From positions 366,934 to 430,933 of the forward strand of contig JBFWNU010000004.1 in assembly GCA_050250895.1 (NCBI GenBank): DNA of 64,000 nucleotides, read 5' to 3'. The stretch is from Vulcanimicrobiota bacterium. Its GTDB lineage: Bacteria; Vulcanimicrobiota; Xenobia; Xenobiales; JADMJV01. This document shows positions 56,531-64,000 of this stretch, piece by piece. The position numbers were made by a program, and so were the translations under genes. Below the pieces are notes generated by a model that was not told the origin of the DNA, did no database searches, and saw only the letters and a list, made by a program, of their open reading frames with translations. Each line of letters begins with the position of its first letter. Position 1 is the stretch's first letter.

Positions 56531-58405
56531 GGCAAAGTCGGCCACCGAGGCGAACCGGTCCTTAGGATCCTTCTCGAGCGCTCGCAGGAGGGCCAGGGCC
56601 TGACGATCACTCAGGTCACGCGTAAACTCGCGGGGGTCAGGGGGAGCCTCGGTGAAATGAGCCATGATGACCGCCATCGGCTCCGCCTTGTCGAAAGGCA
56701 AGCGACCGGTTAGCAACCGATAGGCCAACAGGCCGGCCTGGTATTGGTCGACGGAAGGCTGGCGCCGGCCGCTGGTGAGGAGTTCGGGGGCCAGGTAATT
56801 GGCCCGAAACGAGCCTTGCCCGGTGTGCCATACCCGATCGAGCAAAGGCTCGAGCGGAAAACCTATGGTCAACCGGTCCTCATCGTCCAGAAAGAGAGCG
56901 CTGGGCGACAAAGCACAGTGCATGACTCCGTGCTGATGCAGGTGGGTCATCCCCTCGGCCAATTGCTGAATGAACCTTAGAGCCTGCTCGTGTCCGACTG
57001 GTCTGGCCAGCCTGGGTTTCAGAGGCACCACCGGCCAGGTGGCCATGTAAAAGTCTCCGTCCACCCTTCCCATCCTGACCTTACCCAACCGCGGATGGGC
57101 GACCCGAGACCATACCTGCACCTCGCGCTCGAAACGCTTCTGAAGGTCCTCATCGACAGGCACCAGCTGAACCCGGAAAGATTGCTGCTGCCCGATGTCG
57201 ACTGCCAGGAAACATTTGTGTTCAATTGGCTCGACCAGGAGTAAGTCATCCAGGGTCATCCCTATCATCGGGTGCGCACCTCGACCGAACTGGTTAAACA
57301 GGAACTCTCGCACCCGAGGAGGTGCATGAGCAAAGGCCTGCAGTTTAAGCCGTTGACACCGCTGGCGCAGGTTGGCTTTAGACAACTCGTAGGCCTCGTC
57401 CTCGACCACCTCCAGGCCCGACAGGTCGGTTTTCAAGCCGTCAGCCACCAGCCAGGTCTCGCACAAGGCGTCGCGGAGGTAGTGGGGGTGGGTCAAGACG
57501 CCATCGACCACGAAATAGAAGATTCCGTCAGGCTTGGGGCTCACCCTCAGGCGCATCACCGACCGCAATCGTTGCGAATCCTCACCCACCTGACGATAGA
57601 CGCGACACCACGCCGACCGGCGGAAGAGCCCCCAGCGGCTGACCCAGAGCCCGGGCTGGATCGGCTTCAATCGACTCAGGTCGGCCCGGGGCCAGCCCAA
57701 AGCAGACTGTTCGGCGCTGACGCGCTCCTCGGCCAGGCAATCCACACCGGCCGCGGGCGGCTGGAGCAACTCTCCGTTGAGAAACAGCGCCAGCGGCGCG
57801 CAACAGCAACGCTCTTTGATGGTATCTCGCTCACTGACGAAGGCCCGGGCGTCGTCGGCGGTAACCATCATCCTTACCGCCCGGCGCACCAACATGAAGC
57901 GACACCTTCGCACCCTGCCCTGACCCGCATAGGCAGTGGGTGGGCTCAGCCTGATCGTCTGGCCCTCGATCATCAACACCTGGCCACGATTTGGCCCAAT
58001 CACACTCCACAAAAAGCTCGCGTGAGCCACCCCGAGCGCCGAACTCAGACCCAGCACCAGGTGTCGTATTGGGCCATGAGGGGCCGATTCGGGTTGTTGC
58101 AGCAGGTTAGCCGCCGCACCCACGTCATCGAACAAGTCGTGATCGAGTTCGAACGAGAGGTCGACCAGATCAGCCCGAACCGTTACCTCGAGCCGGCTCG
58201 ACCGAGCCGCCACCGCCGCCTGCACGAACTTGAGCAGATAGAAGCTGGGTCGAGCCAGGCGAAAGCGTTGCAACTTCTCGAAAGCTTTGGCCAGGTCCAG
58301 CGTAAAAACGCCCTGAGAATCGACCGTTCCCTGGTCGGTCAGCTCTTTTAGATAGTCATCAAGCGGCGAAGACAATGGCTCCGGCTTCCCGCGCGCGGCA
58401 GCCAA
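56510..58405 (-). CDS. Ser/Thr pseudokinase fused to an N-terminal degenerate GHKL-like domain
   Basis: Kinase C-lobe retained (RFERE, HPR, YLAPE, DQY, LLTGRLPF, P.DR). N-terminal DSQGVFTLD...LLKFVQAA. Confidence 0.7.
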   Translation of the reverse strand: MAAARGKPEPLSSPLDDYLKELTDQGTVDSQGVFTLDLAKAFEKLQRFRLARPSFYLLKFVQAAVAARSSRLEVTVRADLVDLSFELDHDLFDDVGAAANLLQQPESAPHGPIRHLVLGLSSALGVAHASFLWSVIGPNRGQVLMIEGQTIRLSPPTAYAGQGRVRRCRFMLVRRAVRMMVTADDARAFVSERDTIKERCCCAPLALFLNGELLQPPAAGVDCLAEERVSAEQSALGWPRADLSRLKPIQPGLWVSRWGLFRRSAWCRVYRQVGEDSQRLRSVMRLRVSPKPDGIFYFVVDGVLTHPHYLRDALCETWLVADGLKTDLSGLEVVEDEAYELSKANLRQRCQRLKLQAFAHAPPRVREFLFNQFGRGAHPMIGMTLDDLLLVEPIEHKCFLAVDIGQQQSFRVQLVPVDEDLQKRFEREVQVWSRVAHPRLGKVRMGRVDGDFYMATWPVVPLKPRLARPVGHEQALRFIQQLAEGMTHLHQHGVMHCALSPSALFLDDEDRLTIGFPLEPLLDRVWHTGQGSFRANYLAPELLTSGRRQPSVDQYQAGLLAYRLLTGRLPFDKAEPMAVIMAHFTEAPPDPREFTRDLSDRQALALLRALEKDPKDRFASVADFASALLDR

Positions 58406-58438
58406 CTCCTGCGGCTGCGCAACCCGGTAAGAAAACCG

Positions 58439-58455
58439 TGCAACCGGTAAGCAAC
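58439..58455. promoter_or_regulatory. Candidate operator TGCAACCGGTAAGCAAC
   Basis: Lies in the divergent intergenic region; 16/17 identical to 54962-54978; a weaker copy is at 58419-58436. Confidence 0.5.
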
Positions 58456-58528
58456 TGGCCCGGCATACAACCTTGCCAGAACGAAACGCGGCCTAGACGG
58501 CCTCGGAAAAGAAAAGGACGACAAGGCA

Positions 58529-58858
58529 ATGAAAACGATCGACAAAAACCCCATGGAAATCACGATGGACCTCTGGCTGAAGAACCTCAGCACCCTCTGC
58601 TGGGCCCAGGACCAGGGCGAAAAGATCCTCCGCTCCTACATGGACCAGGGCACCCTGGCCCGCGAAGAAGGCCTCAAAGTGGCCGAGCGCTTCGCTGAGC
58701 AGGTCAAAGCCAACCAGGCCGAGATGCAGAACATGGTCGACCGCTCGGTGAAAATGGCGATGGAAACCTTCCAGAAGACCCAGAAGGCTCAGATGGACGC
58801 TTTCAAAGCTCGCATCGACGAGATGAACAAGACCATCGAAAACATCAACAAGAATTAG
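58529..58858 (+). CDS. Phasin-like coiled-coil protein
   Basis: 109-aa all-helical Q/E/K/M-rich protein, monocistronic with its own terminator. Confidence 0.55.
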   Translation: MKTIDKNPMEITMDLWLKNLSTLCWAQDQGEKILRSYMDQGTLAREEGLKVAERFAEQVKANQAEMQNMVDRSVKMAMETFQKTQKAQMDAFKARIDEMNKTIENINKN

Positions 58859-58889
58859 GCTTAATCCAGCCCACAAGGACCTCTGTAGC

Positions 58890-58918
58890 GGGGCGGCGTG
58901 AAAACGCCGCCCCTTTTT
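58890..58918 (+). terminator. Intrinsic terminator
   Basis: GGGGCGGCGT-GAAA-ACGCCGCCCC forms a perfect 10-bp stem followed by TTTTT. Confidence 0.92.
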
Positions 58919-58937
58919 GCGTAGCAGGCCGCCCGCC

Positions 58938-60737
58938 ATGGCGGCGAGAAATTCGGGCTACGTGAGCGCTCTTTTGTCTCGACTCCACCGCCGGCTCGGC
59001 CATCTTTACCACGAACGAGAACGCCTTTACTGGCGGGCCCGAATGGGGCTCGATGAAAAGAACGGCTGGGCCAGGGCCCAGGTTGCCCTGCAACGGTTCA
59101 TCAGTTCGCCCAGCCTGTATCGACGTCTGCAGCAACTCGAAGCCAGACGCTCCCAGCCGGAATGGCAAAGCTGGTTGCGCTTGTTCGCCCGCCACCAGTT
59201 GAACTCACCCGAAGCCGCTCGCCTTCGCGACGAGATTATCGAGCAAGAAGCCGAGATCGGGCAGGCACGGCAGGGCCTTCAGTTCTCGGTCTACGACATC
59301 GAGAAGGGCGACTACCGCCCCGTCACACGCAGCGAGTTGGGGACCCTGCTGACCACCCACCCGGATAGCCAGCAGCGACAGCGCGCCTACCAGGCCCTGG
59401 TTCAACTCGAACAGCGCATGCTCGAGTTGGGGCTGCTTGAACTCATCAAAAAGCGCAATCGCCTGGCCCGGTTGGAAGGGCACTCAGACTTCTATGCCTG
59501 GACCGTGGCCAGGGCCGAGAACTGGACGATGGAAAGGACTTTCGCTCCTCTCGAGGCTCTGGCCGAGTGCATCGCTCCGGCCGTCGATGTCCACCTGAAG
59601 GGCCTCGAGGCCGAGCACGGCCCCGGCAGCCGAGACCCCTGGAACTGTATCTACTTGCGCCGCTGTCAAGAACGCCACGAACTCGATCCCTACTTTCCTA
59701 TTCAACCCGCCCTGCGCCGTTGGCTCACCTGCTTCGCAGGGCTGGGCATCGACTTCCACCAGGCCAACCTCACGCTGGACTTGATGGAGCGAGCAGGCAA
59801 GTACGAAGGCGGCTTCTTCCACGCCCCCGCTCTGGCCACGGCCTCGAGTCCGGCCGACATCCACTTCGCCTGCGCGGGGTCCTTCGAGTTGGGGGGCGGC
59901 TTGCCCGCCCATGAAGTCCTGTTTCACGAGGGTGGCCACGCCGCCCATGTGGCCCACAAGGAAGTGTCCACGCCCTATTTCTTCCACGAGTTCCCTACCA
60001 GCGTGGTCCACACTGAAGCTCAGGCGACTTTTACCGAATCGCTATTGTGGGATGCGGCCTGGCGTCATCGCTTCGCTGGAGTCCCCCTGGATCTGCTCGA
60101 GGGGATTACCTTTCGCGAGCAGGCCTGGCGAGCCTGGGACGTGAGTGCGTCGCTGACCGTGCCCTTCGGCGAACGATTACTCTACCAAACCCCGGAAGAC
60201 CAGCTCGTGCCCGAGCAACTGCTGCCGCGACTACGTCAGGTCGAGCGTCGCCACCAGGGCCTGTCGGCCGGCACCCAACCGCTGCTGACGGTGATCCATC
60301 TCATCGATACCGAATCGAGTGCCTATTGCCACGCCTACCCGCTCGCCGAGATGGCGGCTTTTCAGGTGCGCGCGTTCTTCTTCGAACGCGACGGTCAACT
60401 GCTCGACAACCAGGGGGTCGGCCCCGAGTTAAGGCGTCACTTCTGGGAGCCGAACAAGCCTTTTGAAGAAATGCTGACAGGCCTCACCGGGCGCGGACTC
60501 GATTGCGCCGCTCTAGCTCACGAGTGCACCACTGACCCGCTACAGACGTGGCGCCAGGCCCAAGCTCAGTTGCGTCACCTGAGAGACCAGCCCTTGGCAA
60601 GCCTGGAAGCAGGCCTCCAGGCTCGCTACCGTCTGGTGGACGGTTCCCAACTGTTCTACGAAGGCGATGAAGCCGAGCAACTGTGCAGTATCTTCGAGAG
60701 GTGGACGGCCCGGCCCACCAGAAGCCAGCGCCTATGA
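58938..60737 (+). CDS. M3-family oligopeptidase
   Basis: RNRLARLEG..DF, R.GKYEGGF, LFHEGGHAAH (HExxH) and a third ligand in HTEAQA. Confidence 0.85.
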   Translation: MAARNSGYVSALLSRLHRRLGHLYHERERLYWRARMGLDEKNGWARAQVALQRFISSPSLYRRLQQLEARRSQPEWQSWLRLFARHQLNSPEAARLRDEIIEQEAEIGQARQGLQFSVYDIEKGDYRPVTRSELGTLLTTHPDSQQRQRAYQALVQLEQRMLELGLLELIKKRNRLARLEGHSDFYAWTVARAENWTMERTFAPLEALAECIAPAVDVHLKGLEAEHGPGSRDPWNCIYLRRCQERHELDPYFPIQPALRRWLTCFAGLGIDFHQANLTLDLMERAGKYEGGFFHAPALATASSPADIHFACAGSFELGGGLPAHEVLFHEGGHAAHVAHKEVSTPYFFHEFPTSVVHTEAQATFTESLLWDAAWRHRFAGVPLDLLEGITFREQAWRAWDVSASLTVPFGERLLYQTPEDQLVPEQLLPRLRQVERRHQGLSAGTQPLLTVIHLIDTESSAYCHAYPLAEMAAFQVRAFFFERDGQLLDNQGVGPELRRHFWEPNKPFEEMLTGLTGRGLDCAALAHECTTDPLQTWRQAQAQLRHLRDQPLASLEAGLQARYRLVDGSQLFYEGDEAEQLCSIFERWTARPTRSQRL

Positions 60738-61108
60738 GCGAAATCGAGCGACTGGCCCGATCCCACCCGCTGGTAGCCTGCCAGCAACCGTCCTTCGACG
60801 GCCTTTACTCGCGCTACCAGCGCCTGCGATGGCAGTTCATGAACAACGAACTGCGCCAGGTCCTGATGGCCAGTTGGCAGGCCGGTCCGGGCAGCGAACT
60901 GTGGTTCTTTGCCAGTGGAGACTACCGCCTCCCCGGTCCGGCCCCAACGGCGGCGCGGCTGCTGCCTCTTGAAGCGAGCGAGGGAGCAACCTGGCAAGAT
61001 ACTGATCGCTTCGCGCGCGAACCCGGAGCGACCGTCGCTTTGCAACCCGGCCGCTGGTTCTGGCTAGGACCGATGGCCCACGACTGCTGGTGGTGCCTGG
61101 CCCGATGA
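60734..61108 (+). CDS. Hypothetical protein
   Basis: ATGA overlaps at both ends place it inside the operon; Trp-rich. Confidence 0.6.
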   Translation: MSEIERLARSHPLVACQQPSFDGLYSRYQRLRWQFMNNELRQVLMASWQAGPGSELWFFASGDYRLPGPAPTAARLLPLEASEGATWQDTDRFAREPGATVALQPGRWFWLGPMAHDCWWCLAR

Positions 61109-61788
61109 AAGTGGTTGAGCAACAGCCGAACTTTCTGGTGGTCGACGACTTTTTACCCTCGTCCCAGTTTGATCGTCTGGCCGCCTATGTCGACACCGAA
61201 GACTACTCCTTCGTTCAGGTCGACGAGTGGCAGCGGGTGTGGCGGCTGCACGATGGCAGGCCCCTGGAGGGACCTCTCTTTCTCTCGCGCGCCCCCGACG
61301 GGTCGCGCTATCCCGCCTACCCTACCGGCAAGCCGATCGATATCCTATTCGAAGCCCTGACCGACCATGTCGATCTCTTTCGACAGCAGGTGGGTGAAGA
61401 TTGGGACCTGTTCACGGCCCGCCCCTTTCTCTATCCAGCCGAGACGGGTCTGTCGTGGCACGTCGACCAGGACAACAGCCAGACCATGTTGCGGACCGGC
61501 GCCTACACTTACTACACGCATCGCTCCTGGAACGTGCTGTGGGGAGGCGAACTGATGATCTCGCGGGAGCGCGAGGCTCAGGACTGCGGCATCCTCGACA
61601 ATCAGGCTGAAAACGCAAGCCTGATGCAAGATGGCTTTGGCCACTACGTGCTGGCCCGGCCGAATCGCCTGGTAGTGCTCGCCGGGTGGGCGCCCCATCG
61701 AATCGCCCGGGTCGACCGTTGCGCCGGCCACCACGTTCGCAGTTCGATCAGCGGATTCTTCTTGAAGATCCCCGAGGAGTCAGCTTGA
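61105..61788 (+). CDS. 2OG-Fe(II) oxygenase (prolyl-hydroxylase-like)
   Basis: VVDDFL, LSWHVD (HxD), WGGEL, PNRLV, distal PH and RSSISGFF. Confidence 0.85.
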   Translation: MKVVEQQPNFLVVDDFLPSSQFDRLAAYVDTEDYSFVQVDEWQRVWRLHDGRPLEGPLFLSRAPDGSRYPAYPTGKPIDILFEALTDHVDLFRQQVGEDWDLFTARPFLYPAETGLSWHVDQDNSQTMLRTGAYTYYTHRSWNVLWGGELMISREREAQDCGILDNQAENASLMQDGFGHYVLARPNRLVVLAGWAPHRIARVDRCAGHHVRSSISGFFLKIPEESA

Positions 61789-62333
61789 GCCTCAGGCCTA
61801 TTCACGTGATTGCCGATGTCATTGCCAACCACGCCGAACTGGTGGCCCTGGCCGAGCAGCACAAAGACCTTTTCCTGAGCTACCCACGCCCGGAGGCAGC
61901 CGCAGCCCGGCCCGCCGACTGGACGTTCGATCCTTATCGAGATACCGAATATGAAGACGAAGACCGCTACGCCGTCCTGCAACAAAATCAGATGCCGCCC
62001 GAGCTGGTGCGGGCGGTGGTGGCCGGTGCCTTCGGCCGGTACGAGCATTTTCGACCTGGTAGTTATTACTTCCAGATCAACCGCTACGACCGAGGCGGCT
62101 ACGTCCTGCCCCACCGCGACGAGCTGCAGCAAGGACTCTACGTTCTGACCAGCTCGGCCCAGGACGGATTGACCGTTCAGGACGAACAGGGCGGTTTTCG
62201 CCGGATCTACGATCAAGCCGGGACCTTTATCTTGAACGATGCCAACGCGTGGCACTGGGTCGATCCGGTGGTGCAGGCGCCTCGCTATACGCTTTTGACC
62301 ATCCCGCCCGTGTGGGACTTTGATGACTTATAA
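61785..62333 (+). CDS. 2OG-Fe(II) oxygenase
   Basis: INRY..G.YVLPHRD (HxD) and WHWV...RYT; GAGGAG RBS and a TTGA overlap. Confidence 0.78.
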   Translation: MSLRPIHVIADVIANHAELVALAEQHKDLFLSYPRPEAAAARPADWTFDPYRDTEYEDEDRYAVLQQNQMPPELVRAVVAGAFGRYEHFRPGSYYFQINRYDRGGYVLPHRDELQQGLYVLTSSAQDGLTVQDEQGGFRRIYDQAGTFILNDANAWHWVDPVVQAPRYTLLTIPPVWDFDDL

Positions 62334-63803
62334 CTCGAGAGTATCCATATCTACCGCCCGCAGGTCTGGATAGCGGGCTCGCAGACTGGCGAAATCGGGC
62401 CTGTCGGCCAACTCTAGCAATAGCTCGGCAATCCCCTCCAGGGCCGGACCCGAACGCGAGCCCAGAGCGACTTTGAACAAGCCCTGGCGGTCGCGAATGC
62501 TGGGGATGATCGTTTCGAAGCGATGGCCTCGAAAGCCAAAGCTCGAACCCATCGCAAAGGGCAGCTCTCGTCGGCGCACCTCCTGGCTGATGACCGAGAG
62601 CAGCAGTCCGTGGTTTTCCAGACGGTCCTCTTGCAAATGCAACACTACAAAGGGAGCCTTCGCCCAGGCCAGTTCAGCCGCCGGGCCCAGACTGGGGTGG
62701 GCCACCTTCCAGAACAGCCCTCCCCGGCCCCGCTCGAGCTGAGCCGCCAGCCAGGCGTTGTTGGCGAAGACAGCCTCCGAGTGCTCGGCCAGGCTTTGCC
62801 GGGTGGCGAAGAAAGGGACATCGAGTTCGCAAAGCTCGGCAAACGATAGGGCCGTGCCGGCCACCGTCCGCAACTTGCGAGTCAGGGCGGCTGCCTGGCT
62901 CGCCTCGCCTCCGGGGGAGTAGTAGCTCAGCAGGCCCACGTTAGCCAGTTCTAACCCCTGCTGGTCGAGCTTGAGACCGGAGGTGATCTGCACCACCATC
63001 AGCGGCGGGTCGTCGGCCAGACCGGCCAGCAGGTCCTCCATGGGAAAGGCAAGTCCCGTCAGCGTCGTGTCGAGCACCAGCACTTTGACCCGCTGAGACG
63101 AGCGCTGGCTCCAGCTCTCGAGAAACGCCTCGAGATCGAAGACCTCCAGCTCCCAGTCATAGGCCACGGTCTCGAGCAGCAGGGCGTCGTGCTCGCCTTC
63201 GAGCAAGGCAGTGTGCATCGTGTCTTGACTGTGGTGGCGGCGCCAGTTGAAATGAGCATGAGCCACCCCGCCCAACAAGAAGTGGGTCTCGTAATAACCT
63301 CCCCACATCCCCAGAGATAGAGGCTTGTCCGGACCCGGCTTCCACATGGTGTTGAGAGCCAGTAAGAAGGTTGCGATCGCTCCCATGCCGCTGCGAAAAT
63401 GCACGTGCTCTGCCTGCCAACCCGGGGGAGCGGGGCGATAGGCCCGGGTCTTCTCCTCGAGCAGATGGGGGCGGACGTTGCGCTCATAGGTAAAGTCGAT
63501 CGGCTCGCCCGAGGGCAGGCACTTGGGGTCGGAGTGAAGCGGGCTTTTGAGCAGGATGTCACTGAACTGGTGAGCACAGCCAAGCCAGAGGGCCCGCAAA
63601 CGCAAAGCCATGTGGTCGAGTTCGGCTTCGCCGGCCAGGGTCTCGAGTTCGGGAGCCGCCTGCAACTGCTGCATCCGCTTTCGCCACGCTGCATAGCCCG
63701 GCCCCTCCATCTCGAGCGAGCGAGCTAGTTCGAGCAGCCTCTCGGCTTCTTGCCGACCGCCCGTTTTCAGGCCGGGCGCAACCGGCCGTTCTCGAAGAGC
63801 CAT
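62328..63803 (-). CDS. PLP-dependent enzyme, Cys/Met-metabolism fold (cystathionine gamma-synthase/lyase-like)
   Basis: FRSGMGAI, YYET, LDTT, SGLK (PLP Lys) and GSSFG. Probable start MALRE at 63803. Confidence 0.75.
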   Translation of the reverse strand: MALRERPVAPGLKTGGRQEAERLLELARSLEMEGPGYAAWRKRMQQLQAAPELETLAGEAELDHMALRLRALWLGCAHQFSDILLKSPLHSDPKCLPSGEPIDFTYERNVRPHLLEEKTRAYRPAPPGWQAEHVHFRSGMGAIATFLLALNTMWKPGPDKPLSLGMWGGYYETHFLLGGVAHAHFNWRRHHSQDTMHTALLEGEHDALLLETVAYDWELEVFDLEAFLESWSQRSSQRVKVLVLDTTLTGLAFPMEDLLAGLADDPPLMVVQITSGLKLDQQGLELANVGLLSYYSPGGEASQAAALTRKLRTVAGTALSFAELCELDVPFFATRQSLAEHSEAVFANNAWLAAQLERGRGGLFWKVAHPSLGPAAELAWAKAPFVVLHLQEDRLENHGLLLSVISQEVRRRELPFAMGSSFGFRGHRFETIIPSIRDRQGLFKVALGSRSGPALEGIAELLLELADRPDFASLRARYPDLRAVDMDTLEL

Positions 63804-64000
63804 TCGGGGGGAACCTCCAATCCGTGCAAAGAGCGCGCCATACTCGTCACATAGCCGCCAGCCGCGCTCAACACCAGCCGCTGCCCTACCGCAAGTTGGG
63901 GCAATTCCACCTCGGTGGCGAAGTAGTCCTTCTCGTAGCAACTACAGCCGACCAGAGACCAGCGCGAGCGGGCTCCTTGGGCCTGGGTGGCCAGCACGCG
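63767..64000 (-). CDS. C-terminus of a diaminopimelate/ornithine decarboxylase-family PLP enzyme (partial)
   Basis: GCSCYEKD and AGGYVTSM match the GxxCxxxD and GAY..M motifs; the gene runs off the window edge. Confidence 0.7.
   Translation of the reverse strand, partial: RVLATQAQGARSRWSLVGCSCYEKDYFATEVELPQLAVGQRLVLSAAGGYVTSMARSLHGLEVPPEWLFENGRLRPA

Noticed and set aside
61105-62333. Halogenase assignment for the 2OG enzymes
   Set aside because: Both keep the HxD carboxylate ligand, whereas halogenases have HxG or HxA.
1-64000. Visually frequent CTCGAG/GTCGAG/TCGA words
   Set aside because: Plausibly explained by CTC/GTC followed by GAG/GAC codons in a high-GC genome. I did not count them; a codon-preserving shuffle test would be needed to claim enrichment.
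1-64000. CRISPR arrays, tRNA/rRNA, IS elements, prophage genes and riboswitches
   Set aside because: I saw no spaced repeats, RNA-gene signatures, or transposase/integrase motifs. Intergenic gaps are short. A covariance-model search was not possible.

Overview
A 64-kb, GC-rich, densely coding bacterial chromosomal window with about 55 genes. I saw no rRNA, tRNA, CRISPR array, integrase or transposase. From left to right it holds: (1) a lipid/polyketide locus, made of a condensation-type HHxxxDG acyltransferase converging on an operon of thioester reductase-SCP2, a 2236-aa iterative type I PKS (KS-CLF-AT-ACP-KR-DH, with an apparent C45-hydrolase remnant) and a FabL-like enoyl reductase, with an Asp/Asn/LpxO-type hydroxylase upstream; (2) signalling genes, namely a multi-REC diguanylate cyclase, a divergent ECF sigma/ZAS anti-sigma pair separated by an inverted repeat of GGAACTT, a GAF-GAF histidine kinase and an OmpR-type two-component pair; (3) mutS2; (4) a two-gene unit of a beta-helix/wHTH protein and an orphan BrxD (DUF2791) ATPase, with no other BREX gene in the window; (5) an envelope glycosylation locus (FemAB-like, GNAT, YdjC, GT2, DUF2079, GT-C), then msrB and a NodF/NodE-like ACP/ketosynthase pair; (6) an operon of an M3 peptidase and two 2OG-Fe(II) oxygenases, converging on two PLP enzymes. 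Several proteins without signal peptides have low-complexity N-termini, and two beta-propeller proteins share a C-terminal motif. The gene families recall Candidatus Eremiobacterota (WPS-2); this is inference only, with no marker gene checked. The best candidates for an undescribed system are the beta-helix/BrxD unit, the PKS locus and the peptidase/oxygenase/PLP cluster. All family calls come from reading motifs by eye, not from database searches.
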